Shown: positions 1 to 12,400 of the stretch, piece by piece
Layout of the letters: the number at the start of each line of letters is the position of its first letter
Position numbering within the stretch: position 1 is the first letter of the stretch
Assembly: GCF_018977255.1 (NCBI RefSeq)
Contig: NW_024704743.1
Coordinates: 45,510,001-45,574,000 of the forward strand
Length of the DNA stretch: 64,000 nt
Direction: 5' to 3'
DNA from: Callorhinchus milii
Lineage: Eukaryota
Notes under the pieces: model-generated
Told to the model about the DNA's origin: nothing
The model's database searches: none
Seen by the model: the letters and a program-made list of their open reading frames with translations, nothing else
Made by a program: the position numbers and the translations under genes

Positions 1-1282
1 GCTTCTGAGCAGCATCCACCTCACCGTGCTTTGTTAGAGAGGATTTATTTTTACTTATTTTATTTATTTTAAATATCAGATAGAACTTACAGAATGTATT
101 TTATTATATTTATTTTAAATGCATTAACACTTGGTGGAAAATCTCCCCCTTGTTAGCCAGGGATTGATTGTATTCTGTTGCTACTCCGAATTTCCCTATA
201 ATTTCTCCCAAACTTCAAATGAATTGTGTGACATGTTCCCTGCATCTACATTGTATTAAAATCAAAGTCATTGCAATATCTCCAACCTATCTCCATTGTC
301 TTTTTCAGGATCTCAAGACTGTGCAACACCTTCCATTAATCTTATATTCTACAAGTTTTTAAATTACATGTTGTACCATTTAATCTCTAGAAATGTGGGT
401 CCAAGCTTATCTTGCATGACACAACTAAAGTTAAAAGATGAAAATCCTTAGCTGAAAAAACATGTTATTTTATCCTATATAAAATATAACAACTTTAGAC
501 TTATAATTTACAAAATATTCTTAATGGAAGTAAACGGCATATTCTAATCATCAAATACAGTCCAACCTATAGGCAAGTTATTTCTGGATGAACCATTCCT
601 CCTTGTTTCACTATATGTATACGTACATGTTACACCTATATCCACCTAAACTGCCATATTCATTTTGCATCCACTTTCTCTAATATGCATAATTTAATAC
701 AGAACAGTACCTGCTTCCACACATAAGTTTGTCATCCAGTCTCACAATAACAGTTAATTATAGGGAAACCAGAACTGAGCAGCTTTTACAAAGATGTCAC
801 CCATTAAGCCCACATAAATATGAACTATTATTATAAATCCAACCTTTTGTATTTTCATGAACTATTGTAAAATTATATTCAACACTAAAACTAACACTGA
901 ACTCTTTTTTTTAAAAAAGGTTACTTTAAGCACTTCAAAATCAAACAAATTATGGAATAGATGCAGTTCCTGAGCATTCTGTAACAGAAGCCTCAACTTT
1001 CAATTGAACCAGTGTGAGATTCCTCAAGTTCTCTCTTAACACGAATGCAGACTTGATTGCCAGTTTACATTCAATTTTGTGTTACTATGAAGTAGGCTGA
1101 AACAGCCACAACTAATTTCCAAGTGGGACCCTTACCTGCCATTACACAGAAAGGGGGAAGGGTGGAATAAATAGCTTTTAACCTGGATGAACTTAAGCAA
1201 CATAAGTGAAGGCAGAAGTTCCAGAGTATACATATAACCATGAACAAGATCACATCAGAAATCCCTTTCAATTTAAGCAGCA

Positions 1283-1482
1283 GCAAAATTGAAGAAATGT
1301 AACTGCAATTAACATGCAGAAGCGGATTTAAAAAAAAAGATTAGGGGTGCAAAATTGAAGAAATGTAACTGCAATTAACATGCAGAAGCGGATTTTAAAA
1401 AAAGATTAGGGGTGCAAAATTGAAGAAATGTAACTGCAATTAACATATGCAGAAGCTGGTTTAAAAAAGAGAGATTAGGGGT
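1283..1482 (+). repeat. Tandem repeat, 3 x ~66 bp
   Basis: gcaaaattgaagaaatgtaactgcaattaac...gattaggggt starting at 1283, 1349 and 1414. Confidence 0.92.
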
Positions 1483-1840
1483 ACCAATTGAGAATTGAAA
1501 AGCAACATAGCTGCATGATGCCAAACAATTTTTCAATATAATGACAGTAGGAGGGTAGACAGAGAAGAATTTAAAGCCCCAAGGGACCCATAGGATGTTG
1601 AAAAGGAGGATGAATAGAAGATAATAACCATATTAAATGACAATTTCTTAGAAGTTTTCAGATTGGAGAACATTAAATGTGTTATCCAACATTCAACACT
1701 CATTGTGTGACCCGTGGATTTACTTTTGAGGATTTAAAATCCTAAATTGACAGAAGAAGCCATGTAATGTAGTGTACCTAGATTTCCAAAAGGCCTTTGG
1801 CAAAGTACCACATGATAGACTCATTATCAATGGGTATCAA
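1483..1840 (+). mobile_element. Degenerate CR1-like LINE fragment
   Basis: YLDFQKAFGKVPHDRL-type RT motif near 1770-1825. Confidence 0.65.
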
Positions 1841-2020
1841 AAGTAGTTAACTGCTTCCTTCCTTTTAGTCATCGGTTAAAGGAAGGAATCAGAGGACAGT
1901 CACATGAAAATTCTTGCAATTCGAATGGAATGAGCCCTCCAACCAGCTGAAACCACATAGCTTGCTATTGAAAACACTGTCTGGCAAGCTTCCCACTGTT
2001 CGTCTAGCGAGGTTTGTAGG

Positions 2021-2390
2021 GTGGAGTGCTGTAGCTCAGTGATTAGAGCACTCGCCCCACAAGCGAGAGACCTGGGTTTGATTCCAGTCTGGGCAACATG
2101 TTGGGCAACTTTCCTTACTCCACACACCTCTGTTTACCTAGCAGTAAATGGAGGGACCCAGCTGTTGGTCGATTGGCAGATTGATTTTCTGGGGTAATAC
2201 TTCCTTCAAAAGAAAATAATAATAGTCACTCAATCTACACTGTTTTTGTGACACTGCTGTGTGTCATTGGCTGCCGTGTTTCGGCCACAAAATATAGTCA
2301 ATTCACTTTACGGTATGTTCTGTGAAAAGTTTTGAAATGTCTCGAAGAAGTAATAAGGCACTCTATCAAAAGCAAGGATTATTATTATTA
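2021..2390 (+). mobile_element. tRNA-derived SINE, full length, older subfamily
   Basis: A/B-box head, CORE-like and Deu-like body, L2-like tail ending (TTA)n. Confidence 0.85.
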
Positions 2391-3296
2391 GGAGCTGAGC
2401 GGGAACATTCCCTGCCCCTGGAGGTCGACCCTTCCAATATTAGTAAGCTAGCTAGTCTGTCGTCACCAGTATTCTGAAGTATTGTTGACCCACTTGCCTC
2501 AGGAACCATAGACCACATAGACGATTGACTCGGCTAGACTCCAACAATCTATTCCAAGGCATGTCACCTTGGAGCCAGTTCAGCTCTAAAGAGACCTCAC
2601 TTACCTCCCTCCACGATCAAGAGTTCCTATCCAATTCAATCTAGCTTGAGATGGGAGTGAAGTTGAATGGAGTGCTTCAGGTGCTGTACTGGGACTTTTT
2701 CTGAATGTTCAGATATGCCAAGGCAGCATAACAAGAGGGTACAGGTTCCGGATTGTAAGAGTAATTTCAGGACAGACCCCAGAAAATACTTATTTATCCC
2801 AGAGAGTAATTAACGACGGGAACAAATTATCAAGGAGAGTAATTGAGGACGGCACAATTGGCCTTATTTAAGAAAGTTTGAAAAAGTAGGGTGGGTATTC
2901 TGAAAGACTGAGTCAGAATACCCACCCTACTTTTCTTCTGAACGAATGGGTCAAAGGGCATTCTTTGTCTGAACCTCTCTTGTGGCATGTAGTATAAGTC
3001 ACTATGTATTAAGGAAGCCATCCGGGTCATAAGTACAGAGGAGAGCAAGGAATCCAATTGAAATTGATTTGCTGCAGGATCTTCACTGAATTAAGTTAGT
3101 GAAAGGTGGAGCAAGGGAATCAATCATTGTACCCTGGATATAGCCTGCAGGTGACAAAGTCACTTAAATCATAAATCAATATTACACACATTGTTACGTT
3201 TATATCAGCTACAAAACAAATCATTAGTTGCTCTAGATTTACTTTAATTTAGCATTAAAATAATACTCGGAGACTGCTTGTCATTAATATCCTTAC

Positions 3297-3426
3297 CTTT
3301 GTTGCCAAGGAAAGCATGTTACTGCTGTGGAATGGAGGATTCAAAGTTACCATCTGATACAGGATGCATCCTGCAGCCCAGACATCTGCCTTTTCTCCAT
3401 ATGGTTCGCTCTTCACAATCTCTGGG
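3297..3426 (-). CDS. NEK10: NEK10 coding exon 23 ([43 protein letters not shown])
   Basis: 130 nt, tag/gtaagg. Confidence 0.97.
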
Positions 3427-6400
3427 CTAACAGGGATAATGCCCATCATTAATTTCTTAAGTGTTGACTTCTCCAAGGAATTCATTTCCATTATTCATCC
3501 CCCCCACCCTTTCCATGATGGCTGAATTTTATCATTATGTATCCTCCCACAGCTGACAAAGGAGGAAGGACAATTTTAACATAATGATTACTGTTGATTA
3601 TGCAGTTAATTCCATTCAGTCAATATCGCAAGGTTCAATACAAGTGCAATGACCTAGACAATAATGATAGTTTTTCTCTCCTTCACTTTGAGTTACAGGC
3701 ATTTGTGAAACTCAAAACAAACAACCACTTAATTATCTCATTTCCTCCTAAGAATCGAATTGTTTAACACCATTTGTTAAAGAATTTAATTATTTCATAT
3801 GAACAATTGTGTATGAATTTCACCAACAAAATATACAGTCAATCCACTTTACAGTATATTCTGCAAAACTCTTTGAGACACCTCAGTGACGTGATAAGGC
3901 GCTATACCAAATGTAAGGATTATTATTATTAATAAACAAATTACAACAATGTTTGGGATAATAATCTAAAATGTTTTTGGAATATCTCCTGAATGGGTTA
4001 ACCTTAAAAAATGTAGAACTCCTCTTTCTAGCATTTCTGAAACTCAAGGCTAACAATCATGAATAATGAAGAGTAAAATCCCAGAGCCATCAAGAGCTCA
4101 GGGGATCCGGGTTTAAATTAACAATTACAAGAAGAAATAAATCACAGCTTTACAGACTACGTTTGTGTGCATCATTTTGCATCATTTTACTGATAGTCAA
4201 CAAGGGTAACTGTTCAAGGACAAACCTACACAAAAAGCATCTCTGATTTGACAGATCAGGCATTTTTTTTCACATACTTTAGCTTTGTGTTAAAGGTATC
4301 TTAATCCATTTTGATTACATAAGATTGTGATTTTATTGTAAAACAAAATCCACCATGTCAATTTAAAATATAATCAAAAGAAACCCCAAACTAAATATTA
4401 TTGAACATCTATTAAGTTGAATCTTATGAGATGTCAGAATCATTTTGGAGAAGCATCTGGTATAACTTTATTTCTGGATAGCTTTACATTGAAGTCAACA
4501 AAAAGAGACATTGTGTCTGATTAAATGTATTTGTGAGATGGTGTTGGTGATGCAAAGATTATGCTTATGCCAGAAAATGTTTGTTAATAATTTTCTCCAC
4601 TATAAAACAAATGCCTTATAAAATTTAGTTTCTAATGTGACTTTCACTGTAGACACCAAAGTCACCATTTCCACGTTGTCCATGGGTGAAGATACGGGTT
4701 CATCTTTGTCATATTTTTAAAGTGTGAATTCCAAACTACTGATGGTATTTTAGACATTTCTTGTTCCATTGAGGGTAACTATCTTTGAATCTCTACTTTC
4801 AAAAAAAATTAAGTTGTTAAATTCATATGTATGTACCTCTTAGTTCTCTCAAAGTATATTTTTTTCTTAGCAAACATGTATTGTAACATATGTTTTTAAT
4901 TTCTAGCCAGCATGACCCTGGAAATAGCTCCACTTTGTATAATTGTTTTCTCCTCTAGGTTGCTTTGGTTTTACTTTTAATTTTCAATCTACGATTGTTT
5001 GTGGGACATTGCTGTGCGCAATTGGCTGCCGCGTTCGCCCACAAATATGCAGTCAATTCACTTTACAGTGTGTTCTGTGAAGCGCTTTGGGACGTCCTCC
5101 CGACGTGAAAAGCGCTATATCAAATGCAAGGATTATTATTATTATTATTATTACTGCCAGTGTTACTTGGTTGAAATTATTTGGGGGTTATTATATATCT
5201 GATTGTGGATTTTAGCTTTGGGGAAAGTATGAAAATTTTACATTTTCTAGAGTGGAAGCAGAAGCCCAAAATGGATCCCAAAGAAACTCAAATTTACATC
5301 CAGTTTAATGCCAAAGTTGGAATTCAGCAGCCTCTCAGTCTTTTTTTTACTTTAACATAATACAAGGATAAATATATTACTAAGAATAGTGTCATCCTGG
5401 CACATTGGGAGCAATCTCTGCGTTGATAGAAGTCAACCAAGCTGGACATTAAACATTCCTTGGTATTATTCAAACAGTGTATCTTCCCATGTCTTGGCCA
5501 ACAATCTTCCAGATAAAATTGGTGATTCATTTCATGGCTGTTTGTGAGATATTGCTTTTCATAAATTGGCTGCCCCATTCACCTACAAATACACAATCAC
5601 TACCCAGGAACTCAAGATGAAGCACTTCAAAACATTAATTATTAAAGACTGATTTGGGCCACAAATAATAAGATCCTTTAAGGAAATAATTTACACAAAA
5701 TATTTCTCTTGTGACAGCAGTCTCTTAAAAACTGATGCAAAACTATAAGTACAGCTCTGCAAAATTCACATTCCTATTTAATAATAATAGACATGTGTAA
5801 TGACACACTTATAAAAGGCGCTGGAAAAATTGATTTTCTTCAAAAATGAATTGAAATTATTTTAAATGCGTTTTTCATAAAGCGTTTCACATTTTAACAT
5901 CTTTGAATGGCAGTGAATAAAAGTTTCATCATTAACATTCTGAAGTCTTGGGACATCCTCCCGACGCGAAAGGCGCTGTACAAATGTAATCTTGTTGTTG
6001 TTGTTCTCTTCGACCGTGCCTTCAGCTCCCCTCTCGACTCTCTACCCCTTCCTCGCTCCCTCCCTTCCCTCCCCCCACCCTGACCATTTTCCCTCTGCTC
6101 GGGTCCCGACCCAACTGTCCAGCGCCTTGGGACATCCTCCCGACGTGAAAGGCGCTCTATAAATGAAATCTTGTTGTTGTTGTTGTTGTTGGAGTCAAAT
6201 CAAATGAGGTTTGACTCCAAATGGTACTGTGACCTTTGGAGATATTAAAAATACAGGTGGGATTTGTTAACTTCGATTTCTGTGTTCAGAAAGCATACTA
6301 CAGTTTCTTGGGTTATAACATTACAAATTAGTGCTTGTATTTTAAAAGAATAAAAGGTTGCAAAGATATCTGAATACTAGCTATATTTATATATACAATT

Positions 6401-9400
6401 ACGACTTCACACATATTTTGTCACAACGTTTATTTCCAAGAAAAAGAACGTAAGAATTTGCTAGGTGAAACAAGGTCCATCTAGTTTGCCTTCCACCATC
6501 CTGGTAGTCCCTTGACCCAAACTATATGTTGTATCCCGAGATATTATTTTCTAGCAGAAATCTATGTGATTTGTTCTTGAACCAAACAATATTTTCTGCT
6601 TCCACTATCTCCCTAGGGAACCTATTCCATAAGTTTACTATTCCCTCACTGAAGTAGTGTTTCCTCATATTTGTTCTAAATTAACTGAATTTGGGTGTTT
6701 GGGAAAATACTTGCATGGGGAAACTTTAGAACATTTAACACTGAACAGGCAAAATAGTGCTTTAGGTATTAAAATAAAATATATTCACTTCCTTAAGTAG
6801 TTCTGGAAGGAACTTGCAGAAAATGGGCTTCAAAATTAAACCTGTATTTAAATATTTGAGAAATTCTAGACATTATAAAATGTTTTATTTATAGAGTAAA
6901 TCTGGAGCTAGGTGGAATTTCTCTCCATACATTTGTTTACAAATACACAAACACTACATTTTACAGTAAATTCTGTGAACCGCATTGAGATGTCTCAATT
7001 CTGATAAGACGCTTTATTAAATGCAAGGATTATTACTCATTTTTACATAAAACCAGCTTCAAAATTAAGACTGAATCATAGAATCTTACAGCATAGAAGG
7101 AGGCCATTCGGCCCATCATACCTGTGCCGGTTCTTTGAAAGAGCTACCAACTAGTCCCATTCCCCCGCTCTTACTCCATAGCCCTGCAAGTTTTCAATTG
7201 AGTTCAACAATTTTTAAAATCGTGGATGCTCTAAAGTGTTACATAAATAGGGTAAATCTGGACGCAAGTGGAATTTCTTTCTATATAGTTCTGACTGAGC
7301 AAGAGCCTTGGCCATAGACTAAGTGGGAAAGGAACTGGGACAGGGTCTGAAGGAAGTGAGGGAGAAAACACATATAACCCAGATGATTTACATCCTTTTG
7401 CTGCTCTTCAATGTCTTTTCAGTTTTTAATTTATTGCTCTCAGTAACAATACTCCCAGTAACTCAGTTTATTGCTACCAGTATTTAATTTATTACTCCAA
7501 TCGAAGCATGAAAGCTCATATTTACAATAAGAGTTGTCACACAGGCAAGTGACGTCTTTTGATGGTGATTGGGTCAGGGGAGCTATTGAAGGGGATTTGA
7601 GTCGGTCTGATTATTTTTATTCATAAGCAAATATTTCTGTTAACTTATCTAAGATCATAATATATTTAATTCGGACTGATGTCAGCCACCAATCTCTTTA
7701 TGTATTTATTTATTCAAAGCCATATAGTTCCTGAAGATAATGTTCAATTTTCATTCCAGCTGGGGAATCCTGGTATTTATTTTCACTTTATTTTGATCAT
7801 TAATGTGCCACAAAGAAAGTCTTTGAGGTTTATGAACATTGTGAGTGTTTCGCCCACAATACATACAGTCAATTCACTTTATAGAATATTCTGTGAAGTG
7901 CTTTGAGACATCTCAAAGACGTGATAAGGTGCTATATCAAATGCAAGGATTATTATTATCATTATTTTTATTATTTCTCCCTTGATTTTCTTTCAATGCC
8001 CTTTTTCAATATTCTCAAATGCTCAAATGATCACAAAAACAATGGTCTAAGGCAGATACAAAATAGGGGGCAGGAAAGGTGTATACCCCCAGAGTCACAA
8101 GATTGTGGGTTCAAGCCCCCATGTCGGGACTTGAAATCCCACAGTCTAAGCTGACGCTCCAATGCAGCGCTGGGATGTTGCATTGTCGTAGGTGCTGTCA
8201 TTTGGATGAGACGTTAAACCAAGGTCCCGTCTGTACCTGTTCACTCTCCACCTCTCAAAGCCATCAGGAATCTCGGTGTTCTGTTCGACCCTGAGCTGTC
8301 CTTTCTCCCTCACATCCGCGCCACAACTGGCACCGTCTTCCACCACCTCCGGAACATCGCCAGACTACGGCACTACCTCACCCCTCACGCGGCTGAAACT
8401 CTGGTCCACGCCTTTATCACCTCAAGGCTGGACTACGGGAACTCTCTCCTCGCCGGCCTTCCCGCCACCTCCCTCCACAAGCTGCAGGTCATTCAGAACT
8501 CTGCAGCTCGTGTACTGTCCCGCACCAGGCTTCGGGAACACATCACTCCCACCCTCGCTCGCCTCCACTGGCTCCCCATCCCCCAGAGGATCGATTTCAA
8601 GATCCTCATCCTCACCTACAAGGCCATTCACGGCCTCGCTCCCTCCTACCTCTCCAACCTACTATCCCCCTACTTACCTCCCTGTACCCTCCGTTCCTGT
8701 GGCTCCGGTCTGCTCCACATCCCCCGCCCTAACCGCCCCACCATCGGTGGCCGGGCCTTCAGCCTCTCAGCCCCAAGGCTCTGGAACTCCATCCCCCAGT
8801 GCCTTCACCGCCTCCTCGCCTTCAAGGCCGGTCTCAAGACCTTTCTCTTCAACCATGCCTTCATCTCCCCTCTCGACTTTTTACCCCCTCCTCGCTCCAT
8901 CCCTTCCTTCCCCTCACCCCCCTGCTCGGATCCCGACCCAACTGTCCAGCGCCTTGGGACGTCGTCCCGACGTGAAAGGCGCTCTATAAATGCAATCTTG
9001 TTGTTGTTGTTGTTGTTCAGGTGGACGTTAAAGATCCCACTGCGCTATTCGAAAAGAGAAGGGAGTTTCTCTCACTCCCGAAGTCCTGGCCGACAAACTC
9101 CCCAAATAAAAAAGGTCACTCAATCTAAGACACTGCTGTGCACAATTGGCTGCTGCATTTTGCCCACAAAATATACAGTCAATTCACTTTACAGCATATT
9201 CTGTGAAGCGCTTTGAGACGTCTCGAAGACATGATAAGGCGCTATATCAAATGCAAGGATTATTATTATTATTCCTTAAATGCATGTCTTTTCAGTTCCT
9301 GTAACAATTATTTCCTTTTTCTCAGAATGGTACTATAATTGCTAGGTTTCAGAGTGTCATAGGCATTACATATCAGCAAATGTTACTTTGCTAAGACCTT

Positions 9401-12400
9401 CAGTGTGATGGGGAATACAAAGTATCAATAGAGAGTTTTACATTGTCCAGTTTTACATGAATACATTTCCTTTAGATTTTGAATTGACTGTATGTTTTGT
9501 GGATGAAAAGTTACAGCCAATTGCACACAGGGGTTTTCCACAAACAGTAATGGATTAAGTGACCAAATTTTTATTTTCAAAATTTATTTATTTTATTTTT
9601 TGAAGGGATTACTAAAAAAAATTATATAGTCACTGTAAACACATTCTACCAATATCCTTTTCGGTTTTCAACCCACAAATGTTCCAGTTCTACCAACTTC
9701 AATAATTCATTAACTTTAGAGTCCAGCTTTAGGCTTACCAGGAATATAGGATAGTCCCAACAACTGATGTCATCTTGCTGTTCTCTTGCTTCTGTTTTGC
9801 AAGACCAAAATCAGCTATAATTAAAAACAAGTAAAGAGAATGAGTAAACAATGAAGAACTACCATAATGATTCACAAAGCAGAAGTACCAATTCAATCAC
9901 TGACACCAAAAACAAATCTTGACATTTAGATTATAGCATATTTACAAAATTTGTTTCTGCAAATCTATGGTTATGGCAAGAATAATGCTACAATTCAATA
10001 AACCAACAGTTTAACAGACCCCACAGTATATGTGGGCCACATGACTTCAAAACACTCTTCAATCACTACCCTTCAGGGCAACACTGCTGATTTGAAGTTC
10101 TGAAAGGGTCATGAAAAGTTAACCTATTTTCCTTCCATTTCTTTTTTTTTCACATTTCTAAAATTCACAATTTTGGTTTTCATTGCTAAATGCAATTTTA
10201 TGCAAAATATGAATTTGTGAGCACAAAAGGAGAGCAGGAAAAAGCAGTGATCAAAACAAATGCTTTATTCGAAACATTTATGCCCTGTCAAACAATATCT
10301 GGGAGTGAGTTGCTTACATTTTTACATTTTATAGGAATATAAATTCATTAGATTATGTTAATGATTAAAATATTTTAAATAACAATAAGTATCCAACATT
10401 ATATGCAATAAGTGTTAAACAGTGAAAAGTAAATTCAATGCAATATCACATCTAAAAATATGAATTAAACTTGTAACTGTCAAAATCATTTTCCGGTAGA
10501 TATAATAACTTGCTGTGTTTAAGATATCAATAAATTTATTTACACATATTTAAATATTTGAAATTTAGATATCAGCATCTGGGGCGTTACAAGGAACATT
10601 CAGTAGGGGGTAACCCTCAATCTTCAAGTGGGAAATTAGCCACAGTACCACCAGGTGATTCCTCTCAGAATCAGCAGACTCTGGAGGGTTGAATGGCATC
10701 GGCAAAGGAAGAGAATTGGCAGTCTCACACTGTGCACATCACATCAACCAGAAAGACAACATGCTGTAGCAAGGCTACACTGTATATCTTCCACACGCTC
10801 TTCAGTTGCAGTGGGTTCTTCATACCAGGAAGACATTTCTTTCTCCTCAGTGATCATGTTGTTTTTCGCTCCTCTGACAATGAAGACATATATTTGGAAA
10901 AATCCCCTGTGGAGAAGTAAGCACGGGAGAATATGCTTAATGCTTGTTGGACTATATACAGTATAATACAAATTTATATTTGTATAGTGTCTTTCATGCT
11001 GGGAGGATGTCCAAAGGGTTTGCACCTGAGCTGGGGGTGGGGAATGAGGGGTTGAGGGTAAGTGGAGGTGGGGTAAAGATGACCGAGTTAAAAGGACTCC
11101 AAAATGGAGTTCCAGAGAGTGGGGGCAGATACATCGAAAGTTTGACAGCCGATGGTGGGCAGAGGATGTGAAGTAAACCAGTGTCCGCTGAGCACAGGGA
11201 GGGTCTGGGTTGGTAGAGTTTGAGGTGGTCGCAGAGGTAGGGTTGGGCAATAACATGGAGGGATTTAAAGGTGAGAAAAGAATCTTGAACTCAATCTACT
11301 GGGGGATGGTGAGCCAGTGAGCCAGGCCAGGTAGCCGGGGGATAAGCTTGCGCTGTAAACTGAAGGACTGCAACATGATATGACTTTGTAAGAACCATGA
11401 ACAGCAAAGATAATTGCATAGAACTTGTGAAAAATCAAATGTAATGCGCTGGAATATTGAAGGACAAGAATATTTTACAATGTAAATTATGGGATGTGCT
11501 AATTATCACAGGCAGCCAGTTTAGGAAACCTGATATTTAATATATTAACTTATGTACAGGAGCAAACCTATCCCATTTCTCCCCCTCCTCAATAATCATG
11601 ACTAAGAAGCCAGATATGCACTGGAATTCTGGCTTGTGCCAAAGGACAGCCAGTCAGAGGATATTATTTTATCAAGAGTTAAGTTGGTATCCAGCAAACC
11701 AGTAGTCCTACGGTGCCATCGAGACACACAAAGCACAGCACAGCTAGCTTTTTGAACATTGAAGAGGGTTGTCAATCTCCAGCTCAAACTGGGACTAGTT
11801 GAGGTAAAGTCAATTATGTGGGGTCGCTAAATTGACTACTGTGTTAACTAACACACATTGCAAAGTTGTGATTGCAACATCACAACATTGCAAATTTTAA
11901 CCCTACATGTGCAATAATAACCAAAACTGTAAAATATGAAGCAAGAGAATATGGGTTCGATAAATAATGTGTCACTTACCGAAATTATTGAAGTCAGTTC
12001 AAGGTGGATCATTTGGACCTCCCTCTGTTCGGCTCACAATCAAAATGTCTGTATTGTTGTGCTACCTTGCAGCTCTTTTTTTATTATTTATAATATAGTG
12101 TTTCGAGATGAAAAACTGAAGGTCATTCACTTGTTTTATTCAATCCACAAGTGTTTACCACATTTCAGAATCATATTCCAACTTGGATGATGAGCATTTT
12201 GCTTTTTGTGCTTTTGTGCTTACAAAGTTGTTTTACAAGTACTCCTATAACTGATGTGAAGCTATTATTGAGAGATGCCATCACCCACTCTACCATCTGG
12301 AATTGAAGGACAAGATCTTGACATGTGTACTTTCTGCGGTTCATGGGGTAAATTTCAATGATTACTACTTCTGATATTACATGATATTTCCCACAGAAAT

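Noticed and set aside
1..3296. Search for the next NEK10 exon (IVEAVYEP-like)
   Set aside because: Only a chance GTGGAAGCAG near 711-720 without a matching frame or acceptor; the exon is presumably outside the window.
8276..8989. 237-aa Pro/Ser-rich ORF, and similar ORFs at 23502, 36764 and 13698
   Set aside because: Alternative-frame or frameshifted readings of L2 LINE copies, not host genes.
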